A stretch of DNA of 40,000 nucleotides from an uncultured Acidobacteriota bacterium (GTDB lineage: Bacteria; Acidobacteriota; Terriglobia; Terriglobales; Acidobacteriaceae). Location of the stretch: assembly GCA_963808725.1 (NCBI GenBank), contig CAWEGO010000002.1, positions 1,481,511 through 1,521,510 on the forward strand. The letters are read 5' to 3'. A program made the position numbers and the translations under genes. The notes below the pieces were generated by a model. The model had not been told where the DNA came from. It made no database searches and worked only from the letters and a program-made list of their open reading frames with translations. The number at the start of each line of letters is the position of its first letter. Position 1 is the stretch's first letter. Shown here in pieces: positions 9,363 to 18,219 of the stretch.

Positions 9363-9485
9363 CTGCCGCGCAGCCCGTGGTTACTTAAGGATTACTCGGA
9401 ATTTTAGTCACCTCAAAGTCCTTGACACTTTCGCCGCCTGGGGCGATTCTACGAGCGCTCGAATCGCGGGCGAAGGGGAAGGCCT

Positions 9486-9813
9486 ATGTCCCAACCACAA
9501 CAGGAAAAGCGGGCCACCCGGCGTTTCTCCCTGCGACTGCCCGTATCCATCCGCTTCACCAACGGCGGGGTACACGAGTTCTCCGCCGAGACGCGAGAAC
9601 GTCAGCGCTCGCGGGGTGTTCTTCTACCTCGACCGGAAACTCTCGGAAGGCTCGGCCATCGAATTCACACTCACGCTGCCTCCGGAGATTACGCTGACCG
9701 AAAGCATCCGCGTGCGCTGCAAGGGACGGGTGGTGCGCGTGGAAGAGGCGAAGGAAGAGCGCCTGGGCGTGGGCGCCGTCATCGACCAGTACGATTTCGT
9801 GGCTGAGGTCTAG
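9486..9813 (+). pseudogene. PilZ-domain protein, reading frame broken near 9594
   Basis: The RRFSLRLPV half-motif (RxxxR) lies in the frame of ATG 9486. The ENVSARGVFFYLD half-motif (N-x-S-x-x-G) and the rest of the domain lie in the +1 frame, which ends at 9813. AAGGGGAAGG RBS precedes 9486. Confidence 0.75.
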
Positions 9814-9868
9814 CCGCTCCCGGGAAAGCTCCCGGGATGATAAGATTCCCCCACCCGCAGTTCTTGGC

Positions 9869-10844
9869 ATGGTTTTCTGCCGGTCAGCCCGTGTGCTCTT
9901 GTTCTCTCTTACACTCTCGCTGGGAGTGATCTCAAGCTACGCCCAGGTGCCGTTGGGAGAGGTCTATTCCTCTGACGCGACGGTGAAGGGCGCGGTGGCG
10001 CTCTCGGCGGCGAGCACGCGGCTGATGAGCGGCTCCTCGGTGACGGCGGGATCCCTCGAACGCCAGCGTGCGCCTGCTCCGCGGCGGCGAGTTGCGCGTC
10101 TGCCAAGGCAGCAGCGTTTCGCTCACCAGCTCCGCCAACGGCTCGCAACTTATGGTGGGGATCAGCACGGGCACCATCGAAGCCCATTATCCGCTAGCCA
10201 ATTCCCGCGACAGCGTGATGACGCCGGATTTCCAGATCTCGCTCAACGGGCCCGCGGTCTTCCACCTGGCGATCAGCACGGACGAGGGCGGGAATACCTG
10301 CGTGCAGTCGCTGCATGGCAACACCGGATCGGTGACGGTATCGGAGTTGATGGGCGACGCCAGCTACACGGTGATGCCGGGCGACCAGGTAATCTTCCGC
10401 GCGGGCCACGCCAGAGATCCGGGCCCGGTGGTGGCGAATTGCGGCTGCCCGGCCGAGATTCCCGCGCAGCGTGCCGCCGTGGAGGATCAGCCGAAACCGG
10501 CTCCGGCTCCGACCCCGGCACCCGCGCCCGCGCCGGCAGTGACCACGCTGATTGCATCCGCTCCCAAGAGCATGACGGCGCCGCCGCCCGCCGTGCCGCC
10601 GGGCGGTGTCCACGTGCAGGTGGAAGCTCCGTTCGTGTTCCGCGCTTCAGAACCGCGCCCGCCGCGGGATGCGCCCGCCGATCTGGCGGAGATACACATC
10701 TCAACCCTGCCAGTCCTCGGTTCAGTCTATGGGCAGCCCCCGCCGCAGGAGGTAGCCCAAACCGCCACCCAGGAGACGGAGAAAGCGAAGAAGAAGAAAC
10801 GGCACGGGGTGTGGGGTTTTCTCTCTTCGATCTTTAAAGGATGA
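9869..10844 (+). pseudogene. secreted FecR-like / Pro-Ala-rich protein, reading frame broken near 10048
   Basis: The signal peptide MVFCRSARVLLFSLTLSLGVISSYAQ and ...LMSGSSVTAG lie in one frame. The continuation (D)PSNASVRLLRGGELRVCQGSSVSLTSS...PAPAPTPAPAPAPA...KKKKRHGVWGFLSSIFKG lies in another. One extra G in the run GGCGGG would join them. Confidence 0.6.
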
Positions 10845-10928
10845 GCACGTGCGATTCTCGTTCCGGCGGGCGCCTTTTGCGCGATAATATGGGGCTGCTC
10901 GCGATCGCTTCCAGGACCGGAAACAGCA

Positions 10929-11807
10929 ATGCCTGCCCCTGAGACGGACGGTCATCCAGCACCGGACGGGTCGGCAAGTGTTCTGCCGACGCTGTTTGGC
11001 GTGGGCTACGGCACCTACCAGGTGCGGCGCGAAACCTTCGTCGTGTCATTCCTGCTGCACATCGTGGCAGGCGGGCTGATCGTCGCCTCCAGCAGCTTCC
11101 TTTACACACACCGCGAGGAGATCAAGCAACAGGTCACCGGGATCGTAGTCGACATCAGCCCCTACGTCCTGCCGCCTTCGAGCCGCAAGGCAGGCGGCGG
11201 CGGTGGCGGCGGCGACCGCGACAAGCTGGCCGCTTCCAAGGGCGCTCTGCCCAAACTCTCACGTGAACAGATCACGCCTCCGGCGGTGGTGGTTCGCAAC
11301 CCGGCGCCCAAGCTGGCGGTTGATCCAACGGTAGTGGTGCCGCCCAACATCGCTCTGCCTCATACGGGACAGTTGGGAGACCCGCTTTCGGCGGTGCTGG
11401 GTCCGCCCTCGAATGGCACCGGCTCGGGAGGAGGCATCGGCAGCGGGAGCGGGGGCGGCGTAGGCTCCGGACGCGGACCCGGCGTGGGACCGGGCTGGGG
11501 CGGCGGCATCGGCGGCGGCCCTTATCGCATAGGCGGCGGGGTCAGCGCCCCCAAACCGATTTACACGCCTGAGCCCGAGTACTCCGAAGAAGCCCGCAAG
11601 TCCAAGTACCAGGGCGTGGTGGTGCTGTGGCTGGTGATCGGACCCGACGGGCTGCCGCACGAAGTCAAGGTGGCGCGCCCGCTGGGCATGGGATTGGATG
11701 AAAAGGCCATCGAAGCGGTGCGCACCTGGCGCTTCCAACCGGCCGAGATGAATGGCAAGGCCGTGGCCGTGCAGATGAACGTCGAAGTGAGCTTCCGGCT
11801 GTACTGA
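10929..11807 (+). CDS. tonB: energy transducer TonB family protein
   Basis: N-terminal TM helix FVVSFLLHIVAGGLIV. The C-terminal TonB domain reads YTPEPEYSEEARKSKYQGVVVLWLVIGPDG.P.EVKVARPLGMGLDEKAIEAVRTWRFQPA. The linker is Gly-rich rather than Pro-rich. Confidence 0.85.
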   Translation: MPAPETDGHPAPDGSASVLPTLFGVGYGTYQVRRETFVVSFLLHIVAGGLIVASSSFLYTHREEIKQQVTGIVVDISPYVLPPSSRKAGGGGGGGDRDKLAASKGALPKLSREQITPPAVVVRNPAPKLAVDPTVVVPPNIALPHTGQLGDPLSAVLGPPSNGTGSGGGIGSGSGGGVGSGRGPGVGPGWGGGIGGGPYRIGGGVSAPKPIYTPEPEYSEEARKSKYQGVVVLWLVIGPDGLPHEVKVARPLGMGLDEKAIEAVRTWRFQPAEMNGKAVAVQMNVEVSFRLY

Positions 11808-11820
11808 GTACTCAAGCCCC

Positions 11821-11875
11821 CTGCGGTTATTCTCTCAGGTACGTCTAACCGTAACCTCGTATCTCATTGAGGGCG
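11821..11875 (+). repeat. 55-bp direct repeat, copy A
   Basis: Ungapped alignment with 12539-12593 gives 47 of 55 identical positions. A 23-nt 3'-proximal stretch (TAACCTCGTATCTCATTGAGGGC) is identical. Confidence 0.85.
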
Positions 11876-12131
11876 CCAGACAGGTCCGCTTGTTCGGAGA
11901 CGAGTCTAATCATCTCCATCTTCGGGCCGGTAGAGAACGGGCTCTTCCGAACCCAAGCTATCATTTGCTCGGGATTCTACGCCGTCCCCACGCGGCGTCG
12001 GGATAAAACACGCGCTGGGAGAGGTGGCGAAAATCGCGTTAGGGTATGTTTCGGGCCGGGTTTGGGGCGAAAGTTACGATAAGCCTGTTTACAACAATCA
12101 CATTCAGTTGTTCTTGCTGTATTCTTTGCGC

Positions 12132-12494
12132 ATGAATCCAGACCACCTGTGGCTGACAGGCGCAATGCAGTTGCTTGCCTTCTTTGTCATCGGGCCAGTA
12201 CTTGCCCTTGCCATCGCGTACAGGGCATGGCGAGGGAGGCCGCAGAACCGCAGCGGTTGGCAGTACGAGAAGTTGTGCGTCGCGTCTGGTGTGGCTGCTG
12301 TGCTCCTGTTTGTGTGCGCTAAGCGCATAGATGCCGACGTTAGGGAAACGCGCTATTTCTACCAACTCGCCTGTATGGTGCTCAGTGGCCTCCTTTTCGG
12401 GGCGTGTATGGGGTGTGGCTTCTCTGCGTTTTTGCATTTGTGGCGTTGGCACAAGGCAACACGACTAGGGGACGATAACCAGACAGAACGATAA
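12132..12494 (+). CDS. small integral membrane protein (hypothetical)
   Basis: Start ATG 12132 (MNPDHLWLTGAMQLLAFFVIG...), with 3-4 hydrophobic helices. GC and GC3 are lower than in neighbours. The ORF track starts at 12024. Confidence 0.5.
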   Translation: MNPDHLWLTGAMQLLAFFVIGPVLALAIAYRAWRGRPQNRSGWQYEKLCVASGVAAVLLFVCAKRIDADVRETRYFYQLACMVLSGLLFGACMGCGFSAFLHLWRWHKATRLGDDNQTER

Positions 12495-12538
12495 CTGGCG
12501 TGAAATCGCTTCTCACTAACCGGCCGCGCGGCAGGTGG

Positions 12539-12593
12539 CCGCCGTTACTCTCTCAGGTACCTCTACCGCTAACCTCGTATCTCATTGAGGGCT
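12539..12593 (+). repeat. 55-bp direct repeat, copy B
   Basis: See copy A. It lies 45 nt after the stop of the 12132-12494 gene and ~165 nt before the TPR gene start. Confidence 0.85.
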
Positions 12594-12756
12594 TAGCCGG
12601 TTCGGGTTGGCATCGCCGGTAACGAAAGTCCAATTACGCGTCCCGCAGCGAAGTTTTCATGCTACTTTTACGACAGGTTCCGCAGTTTCCGCCGGAGACA
12701 TCTCCGATCCGCCTGCGTGTGCGCCGGATGGCGGGGGCGGGCACAGCACCTTATTT

Positions 12757-15669
12757 ATGGCACTCGGGTTCGGCTTCAACAAAGCGAAGGTCATGGCGGC
12801 GGCGGAGAAGTTCGTGCAACAGGGCAAGCTGCCCAACGCCATTCTCGAATATCTCAAAGTCGTCAAAGAGGACCCCAAGGACCTGCAGGTGATGAACACG
12901 GTCGGGGACCTCTACGCCCGCCTGGGCCAAAACCCGGAAGCCCTGCAGTATTTCAAGCAGGTGGGCGAAGCCTACGCTGCCGACGGGTTTGTCGTTAAAG
13001 CAATCGCCATCTACAAGAAGCTGACCAAGCTCAATCCCGGTGCCACCGACTGCGTCATCAAGCTGGCCGAGCTGTATTCCCAGCAGGGGCTGTACAACGA
13101 TGCCCGCTCGCAATACCTGAGCGTCGCCGACCGCTGCCTGCGCGCCGGCGATAACCGGGAAGCCGCACGCATCTTCCAGAAGATGCTGGAGCTGGATCCC
13201 GAGAACGCCGCCATGCAGGCCAAGCTGGCCGATCTCTACGTCAAGCTGGGAAACAAGGAGGAAGCGCGCAACATCTTCTTCGGCGCCGCCGAATCGCTGT
13301 TCCGCCGCGGAGCGATGGAAGCGGCGGACGAGGCGCTGGGGCGGGTGCTGGCGCTCGATCCCGGCCACACTCCCTCCATGATGCTGCGCGGCCAGATCGC
13401 CGCCGAAACCGGCAACGCCGAAAAGGCCATCCAGTATCTGGAGAAGGTTCCCGACCTCGATTCGCAGCCGGAGGCGCTGCGCGCCCTGTTGCGCGTCCAC
13501 TTGCAGTTGGGCAACAACTCGGAAGCTTTGCCCATCGCCAGCAAACTGCTGAACGTGCACAACGATCTTTCCGGGATCATCACCTGCGGCGACGGCTTGA
13601 TGGCGGCCGGCCAGCATGAGGCGGCGCTCCGGCTGTACGAGCGCTACGCCGACCGGCTGCTGGCCAATGATCGCGACGGGGCGCTGGCTAAGATAACCTC
13701 CGCCCCGGCGCACCTGAGCAGCAATCCCGCCGCCCTGGAGCTAGTGCTCAAGCTGTGCCGCAGAGCCGGCGATCCCACTCATCTCAACGAGGTCATGGAA
13801 CTGCTGGCCCATGCCCTGGTGCAGGCGGGAGAACTGGTCCGCGCCCGCGACCTCTACAACCAGTTGGCGGCGCTCGAACCGGAAAACCCGGTGCACCTGC
13901 AGAACTACAAGCAGGTTTCCGTCAGGCTGGGCGACGATCCCGCCAACCGCCCGCTCACCGCCGACGAGGGCGCGCAGGCGCTGATGGTGGACGAGCTGGA
14001 GATCGATGCTCCCCCCGTGGACCAGGAATACGCGCCGGAGCTGGTGCGCGCCATCCGCACCGCGCTCACCGACTCCGAGCTGCTGGAGTCTTATAACCTT
14101 CCCAGCAAAGCCATCGCGCCGCTGGAAGTGGTGCTGGCCTCCGCCCCCGGGGATGTTTTGCTCAACCAGCGCCTGGCTTCTCTCTACGTTCGGGCCGAGC
14201 GTTTCAGTGAGGCGGCGCGCTGTTGCGACGCCCTGAACGCGGTTTATCGCAAGGCCGGCCACCGTGAGCTCGCAGCGCAGTACGCGGAGATGTCCGCCAA
14301 GTATCACGAGCGCGCCGGCGAGCCTGTGCCCGAGTACGCCGTCCCCGCGGAGCCCACCCCGGCTGAAGACGAGCCCGCAGCCCACGCCGAGCCGCCTTCC
14401 CCGCCGGCCGAGGCAGCCGAGCCCGCTCAACCCCAGGCCGCTGCCGCTCCTGCCGTGGTCCGCTCGGTCGAGATCGAGGCCTCCAAGCAATGGGAGGAGA
14501 TGACCGCGGTCGAGCCGCCGGAGCAACTCGGCAGTTCCCATTTCGTCGCGAAAAAGTCGGCCACGGCGGCACGCGTCGGGGACCTGGTGGGCGATCTCCT
14601 GGAAGAGATACGGTTCTACATTGCACAGGGGATGTGGGAGGAAGCGCAGGCGGCCACCGAGAAATGCGCTATCTTGGCCCCCGGCATCCCCGAGCTGGAC
14701 GAATTCCGCGAGCAGATCGAGAAATCCAGCAGTACCGCCGTCCCCGCACCCGAGGTCGAAGTGGTGGAAGAAGAGCCGGCGGCGGAATCGACCGTGGCCA
14801 CGCTGGTGTTCGACGCCAGCGCGCTGGGTCTCGAGAAGAGTTCCTTGCCGCCGTCGCCGGTCAATCCACAGGTTGAGCCGCCCGTCCAGGCCCCGGTGCC
14901 GTCCGTTTTCGAACCGACCGCGGTCGCGGCAGCAGCCGACTCGCACCCCACCGGCGATCCCTTGTCGGACATGGTTATCGATCTCGAGGAATCGCTGGGG
15001 GATGGCTTTGCGGTTGCCGCCCCGGCGCCGACGGCATCCGCCACGCCGACGGCAAGCGCGCCGCCGCAGTCGGCGCAGCCCCCGGCTGCCGCCCCGCGAC
15101 CGGCTGTGGTCACTACGCCGCGCCCGGTTCCGCCGGAGCCGGTTTCCATGCCAATTGTGCCGGCGTCTGCCGCCACCATTGTCAGCCCGCAGATGCCCCA
15201 GGGCGCTCAGGAACCGCGTACCGGGCTGGCCGACGTCTTCGAAGAATTCAAAGAGGATATGGAGACCGAGGGGGCTGAGGCCGATGAGCAGGATCCGGAA
15301 ACGCATTACAACCTTGGAGTTGCCTTCAAGGAAATGGGCCTGCTCGACGAGGCCATTGGGGAACTGCAGAAGGTCTGCCACTGCATCGAGCAGGGACACC
15401 CCTTCCCCCGCGTGCTGCAGGTCTACACCTGGCTGGCGGAGTGCCTTTTGAACAAAGGCGCGCCCCAGGCGGCCATCAAGTGGTATCAGCGGGCCTTGCA
15501 ACTGCCTGCCGTCGATGAGGAAACCCGCATGGCGGTGTACTATGAGATGGCGGCCGCCTACGAAGCCGCCGGCAACCGGCAGGCGGCGCTGGACAACTTC
15601 ATGGAAGTCTATGCCAGCAATATCGACTACCGCGACGTGGCCGAGCGCATCAATACCCTGAAAGCGTAG
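12757..15669 (+). CDS. large tetratricopeptide-repeat protein with central Pro/Ala/Glu-rich linker
   Basis: Start ATG 12757 (MALGFGFNKAKVMAAAEKF). There are many TPR-like helices in the N-terminal ~520 aa and the C-terminal ~130 aa (YNLGVAFKEMGLLDEAIGELQKV). Roughly 14330-15200 encodes a low-complexity linker. Confidence 0.85.
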   Translation: MALGFGFNKAKVMAAAEKFVQQGKLPNAILEYLKVVKEDPKDLQVMNTVGDLYARLGQNPEALQYFKQVGEAYAADGFVVKAIAIYKKLTKLNPGATDCVIKLAELYSQQGLYNDARSQYLSVADRCLRAGDNREAARIFQKMLELDPENAAMQAKLADLYVKLGNKEEARNIFFGAAESLFRRGAMEAADEALGRVLALDPGHTPSMMLRGQIAAETGNAEKAIQYLEKVPDLDSQPEALRALLRVHLQLGNNSEALPIASKLLNVHNDLSGIITCGDGLMAAGQHEAALRLYERYADRLLANDRDGALAKITSAPAHLSSNPAALELVLKLCRRAGDPTHLNEVMELLAHALVQAGELVRARDLYNQLAALEPENPVHLQNYKQVSVRLGDDPANRPLTADEGAQALMVDELEIDAPPVDQEYAPELVRAIRTALTDSELLESYNLPSKAIAPLEVVLASAPGDVLLNQRLASLYVRAERFSEAARCCDALNAVYRKAGHRELAAQYAEMSAKYHERAGEPVPEYAVPAEPTPAEDEPAAHAEPPSPPAEAAEPAQPQAAAAPAVVRSVEIEASKQWEEMTAVEPPEQLGSSHFVAKKSATAARVGDLVGDLLEEIRFYIAQGMWEEAQAATEKCAILAPGIPELDEFREQIEKSSSTAVPAPEVEVVEEEPAAESTVATLVFDASALGLEKSSLPPSPVNPQVEPPVQAPVPSVFEPTAVAAAADSHPTGDPLSDMVIDLEESLGDGFAVAAPAPTASATPTASAPPQSAQPPAAAPRPAVVTTPRPVPPEPVSMPIVPASAATIVSPQMPQGAQEPRTGLADVFEEFKEDMETEGAEADEQDPETHYNLGVAFKEMGLLDEAIGELQKVCHCIEQGHPFPRVLQVYTWLAECLLNKGAPQAAIKWYQRALQLPAVDEETRMAVYYEMAAAYEAAGNRQAALDNFMEVYASNIDYRDVAERINTLKA

Positions 15670-15680
15670 TATCCTCTGGG

Positions 15681-16097
15681 ATGGATTCCGCGTCCCAGCA
15701 CGGGAGCCCGAAGGACCGCCAGCTCTACCTCGACCTCCCGAGCGGCTCGGCCACGGTCAAGGCGGACGAAAAAAACAACGGCCCGGAGCCATCACCGTTG
15801 TCCACCACTGGATTCCCCGCAACCCGCAGCTCAGCTACGCCCCTCTGGCTCATGCGCCTCTGGGTGGTGATCCGGGTGGCGTTTTTCATCGAGCTGGGGA
15901 TGGTGCTGGTCGTGCTCCCCTGGACCCGCGGCTGGACCGAGAACAGCCTGCTGGTGGCTTACCCCGAAGTCCGGTTCTTTCTGCAGAAGTATTTCGTGCG
16001 CGGCCTGATTTCGGGCCTGGGCTTCATCGATATCGGCTTTGGCGTCTGGGAAGCCGTGCGCTACAAAGAACCTCCTCGCAACCCGAAAGTGCCCTGA
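15681..16097 (+). CDS. hypothetical membrane protein
   Basis: 138-aa ORF starting 12 nt after the TPR gene. Two hydrophobic helices (LWVVIRVAFFIELGMVLVVL, GLISGLGFIDIGFGVW). Confidence 0.55.
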   Translation: MDSASQHGSPKDRQLYLDLPSGSATVKADEKNNGPEPSPLSTTGFPATRSSATPLWLMRLWVVIRVAFFIELGMVLVVLPWTRGWTENSLLVAYPEVRFFLQKYFVRGLISGLGFIDIGFGVWEAVRYKEPPRNPKVP

Positions 16098-16111
16098 GAA
16101 TCTGAACCACC

Positions 16112-17008
16112 ATGAGCGAAGATGTTGCTAACCCTGAATTGCGTGCAGCGCCGCTGGCCTACGAGAACCGTCCGTTCCTGGCCAGCCCTGACGGGCGCAT
16201 CCTGCGCATTCTCTCCGAGTATGCCGAACCGCTCTCCCGCTTCCGCCGGGAGAAAATCCAGGACACCGTCGTGTTCTTCGGTTCGGCCCGCTTCCACAGC
16301 CGGTCGGATGCGGAGAACGCGCTGGAATTGCTGGAAAAACCCGGATCACGCACGCCCGCCCCGCCCGAGGAGCAGGAGCGCATTCGCCAGGCCCGCAAGG
16401 CGGTGGAGATGGCCCGCTTCTACGAGGATGCCCGCCAGCTCGCCTATATGCTCACCAAGTGGTCAATGGGCATCCAGTCCAAGCGCCACCGCTTTGTGGT
16501 CACCTCCGGCGGTGGGCCGGGGATCATGGAGGCCGCCAATCGCGGCGCCCGCGAAGCCGGCGGCAAGACCATCGGGCTCAACATCCGCCTGCCTTATGAG
16601 CAGGTCCCCAATCCCTACGTCACCCCCGCCCTCAACTTCGAGTTCCATTACTTCTTCATGCGCAAGTACTGGTTCGCTTATCTCTCCAAGGCGCTGGTGA
16701 TCTTCCCCGGCGGCTTCGGCACGCTGGACGAACTGTTCGAGATCCTCACCCTCGCCCAGACCGAGAAGCTGGCCAAGAAGATCCTAGTGCTGATCTATGG
16801 GAAGCACTACTGGGACCGGGCGTTGAACATCGACGCCCTGATCGAGGCGGGAACGGTAGCGCCCGCCGACAAGGAACTGTACTGCATGGCCGATACCCCC
16901 GAGGAAGCGTTCGAGATCCTGCGCAGCGGCCTCACCAAGTTCCACCTGCAGGAGCCGCGCCCGCCGAGCGAACCCTCCGCGCCCGAAATCGCCGAAACGC
17001 GAGGGTGA
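16112..17008 (+). CDS. LOG-family (TIGR00730) nucleotide phosphoribohydrolase
   Basis: Motifs VVTSGGGPGIMEAANRGA and PGGFGTLDELFE. Confidence 0.9.
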   Translation: MSEDVANPELRAAPLAYENRPFLASPDGRILRILSEYAEPLSRFRREKIQDTVVFFGSARFHSRSDAENALELLEKPGSRTPAPPEEQERIRQARKAVEMARFYEDARQLAYMLTKWSMGIQSKRHRFVVTSGGGPGIMEAANRGAREAGGKTIGLNIRLPYEQVPNPYVTPALNFEFHYFFMRKYWFAYLSKALVIFPGGFGTLDELFEILTLAQTEKLAKKILVLIYGKHYWDRALNIDALIEAGTVAPADKELYCMADTPEEAFEILRSGLTKFHLQEPRPPSEPSAPEIAETRG

Positions 17009-17010
17009 AG

Positions 17011-17186
17011 GAGTACCAAGTACCCAGTACCGAGTTACTGCGAACTGAGCAACTGGTTTCTTGCTGCTGACGGCAATCTTACCGCGGATTAACGCAGATT
17101 TGACGCACGCCCTTTGCCTTTACTCGGTACTAGGTACTTGGTACTGTTTTGCTTTTGCTCGGTACTGGTACTCGGTACTTGGTACT
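17011..17186. repeat. composite heptamer-array hairpin (NAGTACC / GGTACTN units) with a GCGGAT-type half-element in the loop
   Basis: Left arm GAGTACCAAGTACCCAGTACCGAGT (17011-17035). Its reverse complement matches ACTCGGTACTAGGTACTTGGTACT (17122-17145) except at one internal position. A second set of right-arm units lies at 17157-17186. The loop holds ACCGCGGATTAACGCAGATTTGACGCACGC. Confidence 0.85.
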
Positions 17187-17196
17187 ATCCTGCTGA

Positions 17197-17856
17197 GTGC
17201 TGCTCTACTACATTACCGACCGCAAACAATTTCCCGGGCCCGAGCCGCGCCGCCGTGAGCTGCTGCTGGCCCGCATTGCGGAAGCCGCGCGAGCCGGTGT
17301 GGATCACATCCAGCTTCGCGAAAAGGACTTGCCTGCCCGCGAACTGGAGTCGCTTGCCCATGAAGCTGTTCGCGTCATCCGTAAAACGCGAAACGCGGAG
17401 CGTGAAACCCGCCTCCTGATCAATTCCCGTTCCGACGTAGCTCTCGCCATCGGCGCCGACGGCGTCCAGCTGCCTTCCAACGACATTCCCGCTTCCGACG
17501 CCCGAGCTTTCTGGTCGTCGGCTTTGGCTCGAAACTCGAAACTCGAAACTCGAAACTTTGTTATCGCCGTTTCCTGCCACACCACCGAGGAAGTCCGCTT
17601 GGCCGAAGCCGAGGGCGCCGATTTCGCCGTCTTCGGACCAGTCTTCGAGAAAGTGGGAACGTCGCGGAGTGTCGGCCTGGGTGCCTTGCACGACGCCTGT
17701 CTCGGCCACATGCCGGTACTGGCCATTGGCGGCATCACGCTGGAGAATGCCCGCGCCTGTGTAGAAGCGGGCGCGGCCGGCATCGCCGCCATCCGCCTTT
17801 TCCAGGAGAATGATATTGCCAGTGTGGTGAAAAAACTTAGGAAAGCCGAAGGCTGA
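17197..17856 (+). CDS. thiE: thiamine-phosphate synthase
   Basis: GTG start. Motifs LLYYITDR, GVDHIQLREKD, GADGVQL, AVSCHT, GADFAVFGPVF and LAIGGI. Confidence 0.9.
   Translation: MLLYYITDRKQFPGPEPRRRELLLARIAEAARAGVDHIQLREKDLPARELESLAHEAVRVIRKTRNAERETRLLINSRSDVALAIGADGVQLPSNDIPASDARAFWSSALARNSKLETRNFVIAVSCHTTEEVRLAEAEGADFAVFGPVFEKVGTSRSVGLGALHDACLGHMPVLAIGGITLENARACVEAGAAGIAAIRLFQENDIASVVKKLRKAEG
17529..17556 (+). repeat. four perfect tandem TCGAAAC heptamers inside thiE
   Basis: TCGAAACTCGAAACTCGAAACTCGAAAC, preceded by GGCTTTGGCTC. Read in frame, the array and its flanks encode ...ALARNSKLETRN... Confidence 0.9.
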
Positions 17857-17868
17857 CTGTAAGCCTGG

Positions 17869-18219
17869 TTACAGTGGCTCGCGCCTCGGCAGCAGGGCCC
17901 GGAACGCCATGTTGATCAGCGCCAGCACAATCGCGCCCCAGAAAGCCGGCGCGAATCCGCGCACGATGAACCCCGGCACGAACGAGGATGCCACCATCAG
18001 CATCATGGCGTTGACCACGAACCAGAACAGCCCCAGCGTGAGGATGATAAACGGGAAGGTCAGCACCTTCAGGAGCAAGCCGAGCGTGGCGTTCACCAGT
18101 CCGATCACCAGCGCAGCGATGAGCGCCGCCTTGAAATTACGGACGTAGAACCCGGGCACCACGTGGGCCACAATCATCAGGGCAACGGCACTCAGAATCC
18201 AGTGGAGGATCAGCCGCAT
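17869..18219 (-). CDS. DUF360 / phage-holin-4-2-like membrane protein
   Basis: 116 aa, four TM helices. The sequence style (LILHWILSAVALMIVAHVVPGF...GFWGAIVLALIN) is typical of YvlD/DUF360 proteins. Confidence 0.75.
   Translation of the reverse strand: MRLILHWILSAVALMIVAHVVPGFYVRNFKAALIAALVIGLVNATLGLLLKVLTFPFIILTLGLFWFVVNAMMLMVASSFVPGFIVRGFAPAFWGAIVLALINMAFRALLPRREPL

Noticed and set aside
9422-9455. Perfect TTGACA hexamer upstream of the PilZ gene, considered as a -35 box.
   Set aside because: No acceptable -10 hexamer lies at 16-19 nt spacing (GATTCT/ATTCTA only).
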